Shown: piece by piece, positions 9,413 to 22,853 of the stretch
How positions within the stretch are numbered: the first letter of the stretch is position 1
Layout of the letters: every line of letters starts with the position of its first letter
Source of the DNA: Pseudodesulfovibrio mercurii
GTDB taxonomy: Bacteria; Desulfobacterota; Desulfovibrionia; Desulfovibrionales; Desulfovibrionaceae
Assembly (NCBI RefSeq): GCF_000189295.2
Contig: NC_016803.1
Location: 930,001-962,000 of the forward strand
DNA length: 32,000 bases
Reading direction: 5' to 3'
Notes under the pieces: model-generated
What the model was told of the DNA's origin: nothing
Databases searched by the model: none
The model's input: the letters and a program-made list of their open reading frames with translations, nothing else
Position numbers and translations under genes: made by a program

Positions 9413-10255
9413 CTACGCCAATTCCCGAGCTATGGTCAACGTCTGTCGCGTTAATTCGACTTCGTGCACGCGATGGATGGGCACGCCCCTGGCCGCCAGC
9501 ACGGCCGTGGCCGCCTGGGTGGCGTTCCCGCGCTGCCCGACCTCGAGCCCGAGGAGCCCCTGCCACAGGGACTTGTTGGACAGCCCCATGTACACGGGCA
9601 GGCCGAACAGGTTGAAGCGCTCGATCTCCCGCAGGATGGCCAGATTGTGTTCGAGCTTCTTGCCGAAGCCGATGCCGGGGTCCAGGACCACCCGGTCCAG
9701 CGGCAGTCCGGCCCGCTCCAGGACCCCCAGCCGCTCCTCGAAAAAGGCCAGGATGTCCTCCACCACGTCGTCGTAGCGCGGCTCGTCCTGCATGTCTTCG
9801 GGGCGGCCCAGGGAGTGCATGAGCACGTAGCCGGGCTTGTACTCGACGAGCACGTCCAGCAGCTCCGGCTCGAAACGGAACCCGGACACGTCGTTGACGA
9901 TGGCGGCCCCGGCCTCGAGGCAGCGGGCGGCCACCTTGGCCTTGTAGGTGTCCACGGAGATGACCGAGCAGGTCCGGGCCGCGATCAGCCCCTCGACCAC
10001 GGGCAGGACGCGGGCCAGTTCCTCGGCCTCGCTCACCGGTTCTCCGTAGGGCCGCGTGGACTCGCCGCCCACGTCCAGGATGTGCGCGCCCTCGCGGGCC
10101 AGCCTGAGCCCGTGGGCCACGCCCGTGACCGTGTCGGGGTGGGTCCCGCCGTCGTAGAAGGAGTCCGGGGTCACGTTGACGATCCCGGCAATAAAGAAGG
10201 GGGCTGGTCCCAAGACCTTGCCCCCCTTAACTGTCCATATTGTATCGTGCATCAT
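9413..10255 (-). CDS. folP: Dihydropteroate synthase
   Basis: Motifs GIVNVTPDSFYDGG, DVGGESTRP and VNDVSG. Size is 280 aa. Confidence 0.9.
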   Translation of the reverse strand: MMHDTIWTVKGGKVLGPAPFFIAGIVNVTPDSFYDGGTHPDTVTGVAHGLRLAREGAHILDVGGESTRPYGEPVSEAEELARVLPVVEGLIAARTCSVISVDTYKAKVAARCLEAGAAIVNDVSGFRFEPELLDVLVEYKPGYVLMHSLGRPEDMQDEPRYDDVVEDILAFFEERLGVLERAGLPLDRVVLDPGIGFGKKLEHNLAILREIERFNLFGLPVYMGLSNKSLWQGLLGLEVGQRGNATQAATAVLAARGVPIHRVHEVELTRQTLTIARELA

Positions 10256-10270
10256 CGGTACGTCCGGTGA

Positions 10271-12331
<2,061 letters not shown>

Positions 12332-12473
12332 AGGAGAGTCCTCCGTAAGGGTCTATTGAACGGCCCGGGGGGCCCGCTGAGTCCGCGTTGCCGCGATTTC
12401 AGGAATCTAGAGTAATGCCGTCGTTTCAAAAATCAAGTGAATCGGCAAAAAAACCCGGATTACGGACAGCCCC

Positions 12474-13859
12474 CTACAGGGACCCGAGCCACGCCCGCAA
12501 CGCCCCGATCTGCGCGGCCACGGACGCCGGTCCGGTGCCGCCGGGGGTGATCCGCCGCTCGATGGCCGCGTGATAGTCGAGTACCGCGTAGACGTCCTCG
12601 CCGATCTCGCCGGAGAAACGCTTCAGCTCGGCCAGGTCCAGGTCCTCGAGTCCCACGCCCTTGCCTTCGGCATAGGCCACGGCCGCGCCGGTGATGTGGT
12701 GCGCCTCGCGGAAGGGCACGCCCTTGGCGGCCAGGTAGTCGGCCAGCTCCGTGGCGTTGAGGAAGCCGCGCCTGACGGTCTGCGCCATCTTTTCGGGCAC
12801 GAACTCCATGAGCCGGAGCATGTCGGCCATGATGCCGAGCGACGCGGAGACCGTGCGGTCGGCGTCGAAGAACGGCTCCTTGTCCTCCTGCATGTCCCGG
12901 TTGTAGGTCATGGGCAGCCCCTTGATCAGGACGAGCAGCCCCATGAGGGAGCCGACCACCCTGCCGGTCTTGCCGCGCATGATCTCGCAGGCGTCGGGGT
13001 TCTTCTTCTGGGGCATGATGGAGGAACCCGTGGAGTACTGGTCGGGCAGCTTCACGTACCCGAAATTCGGGTTGGCCCAGATGATCAGCTCCTCGCACAT
13101 GCGCGACAGGTGGGCCATGATCAGGGAGCCCGCGAACACGGCCTCGACCACGAAGTCGCGGTCGGAGACGGCGTCCATGGAGTTGGCGAAGGTCTCGGTC
13201 AGCCCCAGGTCCTCGGCCACCAGCGCGGGGTTCACCGGGTGGGTGGTTCCGGCCAGGGCCGCCGCGCCGAGCGGCATGACCCGGACGCGCTTCAGGGCGT
13301 CGGCCACGCGCTCATGGTCGCGCTTGAACATCTGGCAGTAGGCCAGCAGGTGGTGGCCCAGGGTCACGGGCTGGGCGGGCTGGAAATGGGTGCAGCCGGG
13401 CAGCATGGTGTCCTTGTGCTCCTCGGCCCGGTCCACGTAGACCGTTATCAGGGCGGCCAGCTTCTCCTGCCACCCGGCCAGGCGGGCGGCCACGTGCAGC
13501 CGGAAGTCCAGGGCCACCTGGTCGTTGCGGCTGCGCGCGGTGTGCAGCTTGCCGCCCAGCGGGCCGATGAGTTCGGTCAGCCGGGACTCGACGTTCATGT
13601 GCACGTCTTCCATGGCGGCCTTCCATACGAACTCGCCGGACTCGATCTCGGCCTTGACCCGGTCCAGCCCCTCGCACAGGGTCCGGCCCTCGTCCTCGGT
13701 CAGGAAGCCTTGTTTGGCCAGCATGCGGGCATGGGCCTGGGAGCCGCGGATATCCTCGGCGTACAGGAGCCGGTCAAAGGACACGGACTCGGAAAACGCT
13801 TCCATGGACGCGGCGGTTCCCTTGGAGAACCGCCCGCCCCACATCTTCTTGTCTGCCAT
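12474..13859 (-). CDS. argH: Argininosuccinate lyase
   Basis: N-terminus KMWGGRF, fumarate-lyase signature [12 protein letters not shown], size 461 aa. Confidence 0.92.
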   Translation of the reverse strand: MADKKMWGGRFSKGTAASMEAFSESVSFDRLLYAEDIRGSQAHARMLAKQGFLTEDEGRTLCEGLDRVKAEIESGEFVWKAAMEDVHMNVESRLTELIGPLGGKLHTARSRNDQVALDFRLHVAARLAGWQEKLAALITVYVDRAEEHKDTMLPGCTHFQPAQPVTLGHHLLAYCQMFKRDHERVADALKRVRVMPLGAAALAGTTHPVNPALVAEDLGLTETFANSMDAVSDRDFVVEAVFAGSLIMAHLSRMCEELIIWANPNFGYVKLPDQYSTGSSIMPQKKNPDACEIMRGKTGRVVGSLMGLLVLIKGLPMTYNRDMQEDKEPFFDADRTVSASLGIMADMLRLMEFVPEKMAQTVRRGFLNATELADYLAAKGVPFREAHHITGAAVAYAEGKGVGLEDLDLAELKRFSGEIGEDVYAVLDYHAAIERRITPGGTGPASVAAQIGALRAWLGSL

Positions 13860-13862
13860 AAC

Positions 13863-15095
<1,233 letters not shown>

Positions 15096-15120
15096 CGTAA
15101 ATTCCTCGTACTGTGTCGAA

Positions 15121-16020
15121 TTATTTAAAGATCCACTCAAGGATCGCCTTTTGCGCGTGGAGCCGGTTCTCGGCCTGGTCCCAGACGATGGAGGCCGGGG
15201 ACTCGAAGACCGCCTCGGAGACCTCCTCGCCGCGATGGGCGGGCAGGCAATGCATGAAGGAGGCGCCCGGCGCGGCCAGGCCCATGAGAGCCTCGTCCAC
15301 CATGTACCCGGCGAACGCGACCTCGCGCTTCTTCTGCTCCTCTTCCTGGCCCATGGAGGCCCAGACGTCGGTGTTGACGTAGTCCGCCCCGTCCACGGCC
15401 CGCTTCGGGTCGTCGGTCAGGGTGATCCTGGCGCCGAGGTTCACGGCCTTGTCCAGGATGGCCGCGTCCGGGGCGTACCCCTCGGGGCAGGCCAGGGAAA
15501 GTTCGTAGCCGAAGGCGGCCGCACCGTTGATGAAGGAGTGGGCCATGTTGTTGCCGTCGCCCACCCAGGCCACCTTGACCTTGTCCAGGTCCGGGGTGCG
15601 CTCGTACATGGTCAGGATGTCGGCCATGACCTGGCACGGGTGGTATTCGTCGGTCAGGGCGTTGACCACCGGGATGTCGCCGTAATCGACCAGGGTTTCA
15701 AGCTTTTCCTGGCCGAAGGTGCGCATGATGATCCCGTCGGCGTAGCGCGACAGGACGCGGGCCGTGTCCTTGATCGGCTCGCTGCGGCCCAGCTGGGAGT
15801 CGCGGGCGGAGATGAACACGGGCTCGCCGCCCAGCTGACGCACGCCCACCTCGAAGGAGACGCGGGTCCGGGTGGAGGCCTTCTCGAAAATCAGCAGCAG
15901 GGTCTTGCCGTCCAGAAGATCCGTGCGGACCTTGCCGTCCTTCATCTCCTTGGCGCGCAGGATGACCTGCCTCACTTCATCCTTGGGGATGTCCAGAATG
16001 GTCAAAAAATGTTTGGGCAT
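15121..16020 (-). CDS. argF: Ornithine carbamoyltransferase
   Basis: Carbamoyl-phosphate motif STRTRVSFE, plus the HPCQ and HCLP motifs. Size is 299 aa. Confidence 0.9.
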   Translation of the reverse strand: MPKHFLTILDIPKDEVRQVILRAKEMKDGKVRTDLLDGKTLLLIFEKASTRTRVSFEVGVRQLGGEPVFISARDSQLGRSEPIKDTARVLSRYADGIIMRTFGQEKLETLVDYGDIPVVNALTDEYHPCQVMADILTMYERTPDLDKVKVAWVGDGNNMAHSFINGAAAFGYELSLACPEGYAPDAAILDKAVNLGARITLTDDPKRAVDGADYVNTDVWASMGQEEEQKKREVAFAGYMVDEALMGLAAPGASFMHCLPAHRGEEVSEAVFESPASIVWDQAENRLHAQKAILEWIFK

Positions 16021-16150
16021 CGTACGTTTACTCCCTCAGCGATTGCCTTGATATCAACAAAGAGATGGAGTTTGGCCCATATTACCATGAATGTAAAGGG
16101 ATTTGGCCCCCGGAAAATGGGGAAAACCCAGGCGGCGCATGGCCGCGCGG

Positions 16151-17731
16151 CTACTGGTGCTTCTTCAGCCAGTCGTGGAACTGCCTGAGGGTCAGGCACC
16201 GGCTGGCCGGGCCGCTGCGCACGTAGAATTCCTCGCCCTTGGCCGCGTCCAGAATGGCCGGGGCCTGGGCCTGGATACAGTGCACGCGCAGGACCCGCCT
16301 GTCGTCCACCGCGATGATCCGGCTGTCGATGTAGCGCGAGAACTCGGTGCCGATGTGCCGGTCCACCAGATTGTTGAAATGCAGGAGCGCCCTGTCGTCG
16401 CTCTCGAAACCGTCCTCGTCGAAGCCGGTCACGGTGCCGTCGTCGGCCACGCCGATGAGCAGGGTCCCGCCCTCGGTGTTGAGGAAGGCGGACACGGTCT
16501 TCAGGCAGGCGTGCTCGATCTCCTTGCCGTTCTTGCCGGACTTGAGGTTGAAGCGCAGGGTCTGCTTGAATTCCAGCCGGCCGCCCTCCCCCGAACGGAT
16601 GAGGTCGAGCACGTCCCCGGCGCTGGCTGCCGCCTCGCGGCGGCGGCCCAGGGACTCGATGCGCTCACGGTTGCGGTGCAGGACGAAGAGCACGCCGAAG
16701 GCCATGAGGATGAGGACCACGGCCCCGGCCTGGAGGAAGGAGTCGCTGGTCAGGGTGGACAGGACGTTCTTGCGCGGCACGGCCACGCCCAGGGAGAGGG
16801 TGTCGCCGAAGATGGACAAGGGCATGGCCCAGGTCCACCAGACCTCGTGGTCGCTGACGAAGGAAAAGGGCTTGCCCGGCGCGCCGTCAGGGGCCTTGGC
16901 ATGGGTGGCCAGCCCGGACACGGCCAGCCGGACCACGGGATCGGGCAGCTGCTCCGGGGCCAGGGCCCGTCCGGCCAGGTCCGGACCAACGTCCGCGCCC
17001 AGGCCGCTCACGGGCATGGCCCGGCCGTCGCCCCAGTAGAGGAAAATCCGTTCGGCACCGCCCCGCTCCGCCTCGCTCAGCTGGGACAGGATGGCCTCGG
17101 CCGGAAAGGCGAAGGAAAGCATGAGCCGGTCGCCCGCGCCCGACTCCGCCAGGGAGGAGGCCGTGATCCAGGCCGCGCTGACGTGATGGAAGCGGCCCGC
17201 GCTGCGCCAGTTGACCTGGCCCGGCTCCAGGTGGCTGAACTCGTCGGACAGGACGCGGTCCACCTGGTGCAGGTCCATGTCCCAGCCGGTGAAGGGCTCC
17301 TTGTCCGGCCTGCCGTCCTTGAGCAGGGTCCAGGACACGGCGGTGTGCAGTTCGTCGGGCACGGCCTCGACCGTGCCGCCGAAGCGCCGGGTCAGCAGGT
17401 AGCGCAGCCCCTGGCCGTCGCTGACCATGATGGCCGAAAGGTTCTGGTGGTCCCGGAGGACCGTGCCGAATTCCCGGCGCAGGGCCTCGGACTTGAGGCT
17501 CTTGAGCAGCCCCTGGCCCATCTCCTGGTTGGAGTTGCGCACCGCGTTGAGGAGCACGGTCACCGCGCCGGACAGGCCGCGCGCGGAACTCTCCACGGCC
17601 ACCACCGCGGCGTCGTGGCGGATCTCGCGCACGCCCATGTAGGCCAGCGCGCCCACGGCGGCCACCACGAAGATGACGCCGTAGAAGACCAGCTGGTAGA
17701 GTTGCCTGCCCCGGAGACCGTGCATGCTCAC
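16151..17731 (-). CDS. Membrane sensor-like protein: TM, ~300-aa extracytoplasmic region, TM, cytoplasmic AlbA_2 (Schlafen-core-like) domain
   Basis: TM1 is LYQLVFYGVIFVVAAVGALAYMGV and TM2 is FLQAGAVVLILMAFGVLFVLH. The C-terminus carries AlbA_2 hallmark motifs GGRLEFKQTL and LKTVSAFLNTEGGTLLIGVADDGTVTGF. The GTG start overlaps the ybeY stop (GTGA) and has GGAGG 7 nt upstream. Confidence 0.7.
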   Translation of the reverse strand: MSMHGLRGRQLYQLVFYGVIFVVAAVGALAYMGVREIRHDAAVVAVESSARGLSGAVTVLLNAVRNSNQEMGQGLLKSLKSEALRREFGTVLRDHQNLSAIMVSDGQGLRYLLTRRFGGTVEAVPDELHTAVSWTLLKDGRPDKEPFTGWDMDLHQVDRVLSDEFSHLEPGQVNWRSAGRFHHVSAAWITASSLAESGAGDRLMLSFAFPAEAILSQLSEAERGGAERIFLYWGDGRAMPVSGLGADVGPDLAGRALAPEQLPDPVVRLAVSGLATHAKAPDGAPGKPFSFVSDHEVWWTWAMPLSIFGDTLSLGVAVPRKNVLSTLTSDSFLQAGAVVLILMAFGVLFVLHRNRERIESLGRRREAAASAGDVLDLIRSGEGGRLEFKQTLRFNLKSGKNGKEIEHACLKTVSAFLNTEGGTLLIGVADDGTVTGFDEDGFESDDRALLHFNNLVDRHIGTEFSRYIDSRIIAVDDRRVLRVHCIQAQAPAILDAAKGEEFYVRSGPASRCLTLRQFHDWLKKHQ

Positions 17732-18222
17732 AGGGGTGCCTCCGCATGTTCGAGCAGGGCCAGGTCCACGGCCGCGTCGGTCATGTCGAACATGACCTCG
17801 CCGTGGTCGAACCCGGCCAGATGCAGCAGGCCGTGGGCCAGCAGACGGGCCAGGTGCTCCAGGGGGAGCTGGCCGTACAGGTCGGTCTCCCTGGCCAGCG
17901 CGTCCACGGACAGGGCCAGTTCGCCGAGGAATTCGCCGTCGTCCTCCGGGTCGCCGACCTCCCCGTCCGCCAGGGCGTCGGTCCCGTCCCCGTCGCGGGC
18001 CGGAAAGCTGAGGATGTTGGTCGGGCCGGTGCAGCCCAGGAACTCGCGGTTCAGGCGGGCGATCTCGCGGTCGTCCACCAGCTTGAGCAGGAAGGTGCGG
18101 CCGGTCAGTCCCAGGGCGTCCAGCAGGGTTGCGGCCAGTCCGGACAGCTCGCGCCGGGACAGGGGAAACCTCGGGTCGAGCCGGGTCTCGTAGAGGATGT
18201 CGGCCGGGCCGGTCACGCTCAT
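17728..18222 (-). CDS. ybeY: Endoribonuclease YbeY (16S rRNA maturation factor)
   Basis: Zinc-binding motif HGLLHLAGFDH, size 164 aa, and an ATG that overlaps the phoH stop (ATGA). Confidence 0.88.
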   Translation of the reverse strand: MSVTGPADILYETRLDPRFPLSRRELSGLAATLLDALGLTGRTFLLKLVDDREIARLNREFLGCTGPTNILSFPARDGDGTDALADGEVGDPEDDGEFLGELALSVDALARETDLYGQLPLEHLARLLAHGLLHLAGFDHGEVMFDMTDAAVDLALLEHAEAPL

Positions 18223-19151
18223 TCCGCCTCGCCTTCGCGGGTTTCGTAGGCCTTGACGATGCGTCCCACCAGGGGGTGGCGGATGACGTCCCGCTCGTCG
18301 AAAGTCACGAAGCGCACGCCCTTGACCCCGTCGAGGATGCGCCGGGCGTGGACCAGGCCGGACTTGGCGTGGACCGGCAGGTCGATCTGGGTGATGTCGC
18401 CCGTGACCACGGCCTTGGAGCCGAAGCCGAGCCGGGTCAGGAACATCTTCATCTGCTCGGGCGTGGTGTTCTGGGCCTCGTCCAGGATGATGAAGGCGTC
18501 GTTCAGGGTGCGGCCGCGCATGAAGGCCAGGGGGGCCACCTCGATGACCCCGGAGTCCTGGTAGTCCTGGACCTTGGCGAAGTCGAGCATGTCGTGCAGG
18601 GCGTCGTACAGGGGCCGCAGGTAGGGGTTGATCTTCTCGGCCAGATCGCCGGGCAGGAAGCCGAGCTTCTCGCCCGCCTCCACGGCCGGGCGGGTCAGGA
18701 CGATGCGCTTGACCTCGCGCCGACTCAGGGCGCCCACGGCCATGGCCACGGCCAGGTAGGTCTTGCCCGTGCCCGCCGGACCGATGCCGAAGGTCATGTC
18801 CGCGTCGCGGATGGCGTCGAGATATTCCCGCTGGTTCAGGGACTTGGGCGACACGGTCCGCTTGCCGGAGGTGGCGTAGACGTCGCCCTTGAAGACCTCG
18901 CCGACGTCGGCCGAGGGCTGGCGTTCGAGGATGCGGCAGGCGAAGTCCACGTCCTGGGGATACACGGCCTTGCCGCGCCGGACCATGGCGTAGAGCTGGG
19001 TCAGGACCTGGGCGGCCAGGTCGGCCCTTCCCTCCTCCCCTTCCGGGGCGGTGATGGTCAGGGTGTTGCCCCGGCTGTCGATGCGCACGCCCGCGCGCTC
19101 GGCCAGGAGCTTGAGGTGCTGGTCGTGGGGACCGAAAAGCTGGCCGGCCAT
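18219..19151 (-). CDS. phoH: PhoH-like ATPase (PhoH/YbeZ family)
   Basis: Walker A GPAGTGKTYLAVAMAV and Walker B-like IILDEAQN. The first ATG at 19151 has no SD. An in-frame CTG at 19185-19187 sits 7 nt downstream of GGGAGGA, so the true start may be 12 codons upstream. Confidence 0.88.
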   Translation of the reverse strand: MAGQLFGPHDQHLKLLAERAGVRIDSRGNTLTITAPEGEEGRADLAAQVLTQLYAMVRRGKAVYPQDVDFACRILERQPSADVGEVFKGDVYATSGKRTVSPKSLNQREYLDAIRDADMTFGIGPAGTGKTYLAVAMAVGALSRREVKRIVLTRPAVEAGEKLGFLPGDLAEKINPYLRPLYDALHDMLDFAKVQDYQDSGVIEVAPLAFMRGRTLNDAFIILDEAQNTTPEQMKMFLTRLGFGSKAVVTGDITQIDLPVHAKSGLVHARRILDGVKGVRFVTFDERDVIRHPLVGRIVKAYETREGEAE

Positions 19152-19203
19152 GCGGCCGTCGTCGAATTCGAGCTTGGTGACGGGCAGAACGATTTCCTCC
19201 CAG

Positions 19204-19961
19204 TTAGTCCTTGGCGCGCAGGAACATCCACCTGCACGCCTTGCGCTCCAGCACGTTGGCGACCTCGTACAGGGCCGCGCCCATGATGGACATGCCGAGA
19301 ATGCCGGAGAACATGGTCAGATAATCCATGGCTCCCCAGGCGTCCATTATCATGTAGCCCAGGCCGCGGGTGGTGGCAAAGGATTCCACGAAAAAGAGCA
19401 CGGCCACGGACACGCCGGTGCCCAGGCGCAAGGCCGTGAACCCGTGCGGCAGGGCCGCCGGGAGCAGGACCTCGCGCAGGACGTCCATGTGCCCGCCGCC
19501 CAGCGAACGGACCGAGTCGAAATACTTGGGGTGGATGGAGCGCACCCCGTCGCGGGTGGTGACCAGGACCTGGTAGCCCAGGATCAGGGCGATCATGGCG
19601 ATCTTGGAGGTGTCGCCCAGGCCGAGCAGGAGCAGGAAGATGGGCAGGAGCACGATCTTGGGCACCGGATAGGTCAGGAAGACGAAGGGCGACAGGACCC
19701 TGTCCACGCGCTTGACGCTGCCCATGACCAACCCCAGCGGGAAGGCGATGATCCAGGCCAGCCCCATGCCCGTCACCGAGCGGTACAGGCTGACCCCGAA
19801 GTGCTCCCAGAAGATTTGCGTGGACATGGCCTGGACCAGGGCGACCAGGGCGTCCTCGGGATCGGGCAGGATGACCCCGCCCATGGACACGGCGGCCAGC
19901 TTCCACAGGACGCCCATGACCAGGACGACCAGGCCGTAGCGCAGCGCGACGTTGAACAGCC

Positions 19962-19968
<7 letters not shown>
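19204..19968 (-). CDS. ABC transporter permease, nitrate/sulfonate/taurine (NitT/TauT) type
   Basis: Six hydrophobic segments and size (254 aa) fit SsuC/TauC-like permeases. The GTG start has GGAGG 4 nt upstream and overlaps the ATPase stop. Confidence 0.8.
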
Positions 19969-20696
<728 letters not shown>

Positions 20697-20699
20697 GGG

Positions 20700-21626
20700 C
20701 TACTTGCGCACGGGCGGCAGGGCCACGGCATCGGCCACCCGCGCCTTGAGCAGCCCCTTGGCGATCATCCAGTCCTGGACCTCGGCCAGTTCGGCCGGTG
20801 CGGGCAGCTCCGGCGCCGGGTAGGGATAGACCGGAAATCCGGAGACCAGCGGCTTGGGGATGCGGCAGGTCTCGGCCATGAGCGGCCGGTACTTCTCCGG
20901 ATTTTCGGCCAGGAGCCGGATCGCCTCGCGGTAGGCGGCCAGGAATTTGTCGTAGGCCGCGCCGTTGTTCTCGAAATAACGCTGGTGCAGGCAGAGCACG
21001 GTCACGGGCAGGTTCAGGTCCTCGGCCGTGACCAGGACGTTGCCGCCCTTGAGTCTGGCCAGGGACAGGAGCGGCTCGGGCAGGAGCGCGGCGTCCACCT
21101 GATCGGTCAGGAGCATCTGCAGCCGGATGGGCATCTTCTTGACCTCCAGCTGCGAGAAATAGCCGCGCTTGACCCCGAGATGGTCCTCCAGCCTGTCGCA
21201 GAGGAACTCCATGATCGTGGACCTGGACAGGGCCAGGGAGCGGCCCTGCATCCCGGCAAGGTTTTGGTCGCGGTTGGCGGGCGACAGGGCGATGCCGAAC
21301 ATGGGATAGCCCGGCGTGGTCCGCCAGGAGGTCAGGGCGATGCGCATGGGCACGCCCCGGTCCAGGAGCAGGTAGGTGGCGATGAGGTCGCCGAAATACC
21401 CGTCGATCTGGCCGGTCTGCATGGCCGTGTCGCGCTCCAGGGCGGACATGAACCGGACCAGGGTCACGTTCAGGCCGTGCTTGGCGAACAGCCCTTCCCT
21501 GTCGGCCACCTGCAACGGCAGGGTGTCGATGACCGGCAGCACGCCGAAGCGCATGGCGGCGTCTTGCGCCCGTGCGGTGGTGGCCAGGGCCAGGATCACG
21601 GCCAGGGCGAGGAGGATTTTCTTCAT
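20700..21626 (-). CDS. ABC transporter periplasmic substrate-binding protein (NMT1/SsuA-like)
   Basis: The start is taken at ATG 21624-21626 (MKKILLALAVILALATTARA signal peptide, SD AAGGGGAA upstream). The upstream 404 codons of track ORF 20700..22838 lie out of frame over the permease gene and were discarded. Confidence 0.75.
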   Translation of the reverse strand: MKKILLALAVILALATTARAQDAAMRFGVLPVIDTLPLQVADREGLFAKHGLNVTLVRFMSALERDTAMQTGQIDGYFGDLIATYLLLDRGVPMRIALTSWRTTPGYPMFGIALSPANRDQNLAGMQGRSLALSRSTIMEFLCDRLEDHLGVKRGYFSQLEVKKMPIRLQMLLTDQVDAALLPEPLLSLARLKGGNVLVTAEDLNLPVTVLCLHQRYFENNGAAYDKFLAAYREAIRLLAENPEKYRPLMAETCRIPKPLVSGFPVYPYPAPELPAPAELAEVQDWMIAKGLLKARVADAVALPPVRK

Positions 21627-21710
21627 ACCGATTCCCCTTGGATTTGCTGGCGGGCTTTTAGCATGTTGCGCAGGGAAAGAAAAGGCGCGACCGCCCGTTA
21701 TGACCGCGTC

Positions 21711-21734
21711 GGGGGAAAGGTTCCGACCGGAACC
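21711..21734 (-). terminator. Candidate terminator after the ArsP-like permease
   Basis: On the minus strand, hairpin GGTTCC-ggtc-GGAACC (21719-21734) is followed by TTTCCCCC. The stem and U-tract are both short. Confidence 0.35.
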
Positions 21735-21745
21735 CGGAATCAGCC

Positions 21746-22834
21746 TCAGCCGCCCGAGTCCGCGTGCCCGCCCCGCCCGACGAAGCTCCTGGCCACCAGG
21801 GTCAGGAGGATCAGGGCCGAGGCCACGCCCACCCAGTGGGGCAACAGCTCGTCCACGTTCGAGACCGTGGCCCGGATGTCCAGGCCGAGCGCGGCGTAGA
21901 GATGGTCCGTGGCCCAGGCCAGGGCCAGGGAGCAGACCACGATGGAGGCCACGTACAGCCCGGCGGCGCGCTTGCCCAGGGTCTTGAGCATGACCGTGAT
22001 GGTCGCCCCGTTGGTGGCCGGTCCGGCCAGGAGAAAGACCAGGGCCGCGCCGGGCGAGAGCCCCTTGAGCAGGAGCGAGGCCGCGATGGGCGTGGAGGCC
22101 GTGGCGCAGACGTAGAGCGGCAGGGCCACCACGAGCATGGCCAGGTAGGAGAGCGGACCGCTGCCCACCCAATGGTCCAGGGCGTCGGCCGGAACCAGGG
22201 CCGAGATGAGCCCGGCCACGAGCACGCCCACCAGGAGCCAGCGGCCGATGTCCTCGATCATCTCGCCGAAGGCGTGGCGCATGCCCGAGGCGAAGCGGGC
22301 CCCGAAGGTGGCTCGCGGAGGCACGGCGCAGCTGCCGCCGCAGCCGCAGCTTGAGCGCGGGGCCGGTCCGGCGGACAGTCCGTCGGCCAGTCCGGCCAGG
22401 GGCGCGGGCGCGTCCTTTTCGTCCGGAAACAGGTTGATGAGCACCCCGGCGAACACGGCGGTCAGGGAGGCGGCCACGGGCCGGATGGCGGTCATGAGCG
22501 GATCGATGAGGGCGTAGGTCACGGCCATGGAGTCCACCCCGGTCTCGGGGGTGGAGATCATGAAGGCCGTGGTCGCGCCCTTGCTGGCCCCCTGTCGGCG
22601 CAGCCCCAGGGCCGTGGGCAGCACGCCGCAGGAGCACAAAGGCAGCGGCACGCCGATGACGGCGGCCTTGAACACCGAGCCCACGGACCGCCCGCCCAGG
22701 TGGCGGGCCATGAACGCGTCGGGCACGAACCCCTTGAGCAGTCCGGCCACGAAAAAGCCGAAGAGCACATAGGGGGAGGCCTCCACCAGGACGTGCCAGG
22801 ACTCCGCCAGGACATTGAAAACCATCTCCATCAT
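21746..22834 (-). CDS. ArsP/DUF318-family permease (predicted metal or metalloid transporter)
   Basis: Multi-TM protein with the vicinal-cysteine motif PLPLCSCGVLP characteristic of the ArsP_1 permease family. It also has a central Cys-rich loop SSCGCGGSCA. It lies immediately downstream of an ArsR-family gene. Confidence 0.75.
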   Translation of the reverse strand: MMEMVFNVLAESWHVLVEASPYVLFGFFVAGLLKGFVPDAFMARHLGGRSVGSVFKAAVIGVPLPLCSCGVLPTALGLRRQGASKGATTAFMISTPETGVDSMAVTYALIDPLMTAIRPVAASLTAVFAGVLINLFPDEKDAPAPLAGLADGLSAGPAPRSSCGCGGSCAVPPRATFGARFASGMRHAFGEMIEDIGRWLLVGVLVAGLISALVPADALDHWVGSGPLSYLAMLVVALPLYVCATASTPIAASLLLKGLSPGAALVFLLAGPATNGATITVMLKTLGKRAAGLYVASIVVCSLALAWATDHLYAALGLDIRATVSNVDELLPHWVGVASALILLTLVARSFVGRGGHADSGG

Positions 22835-22853
22835 ACACTCAACCTACAAGTTC

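Noticed and set aside
12440-12473. Terminator after argH (a T7 tract on the minus strand at 12447-12453).
   Set aside because: The preceding stem is only about 3 Watson-Crick pairs plus wobble pairs (CCG-uaauc-CGG). That is too weak to call, although the U-tract may still contribute to termination before the ftsH promoter region.
16060-16100. ARG box (ArgR operator) upstream of argF.
   Set aside because: Only an ATTCA half-site is present. The partner TGAAT at the required 9-nt offset is missing, so the 18-bp consensus is not met.
21627-21745. TPP (THI-box) riboswitch upstream of the NMT1/THI5-like binding protein.
   Set aside because: I found no CUGAGA or ACCUGA-type conserved cores in the 119-nt leader on the coding strand.
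21627-22838. N-terminal 404 codons of the 712-aa minus-strand ORF 20700..22838.
   Set aside because: This part runs out of frame over the ArsP-like permease gene and is Arg/Gly/Pro-rich. A signal peptide with an SD begins at the internal ATG 21626, giving a normal 308-aa binding protein.
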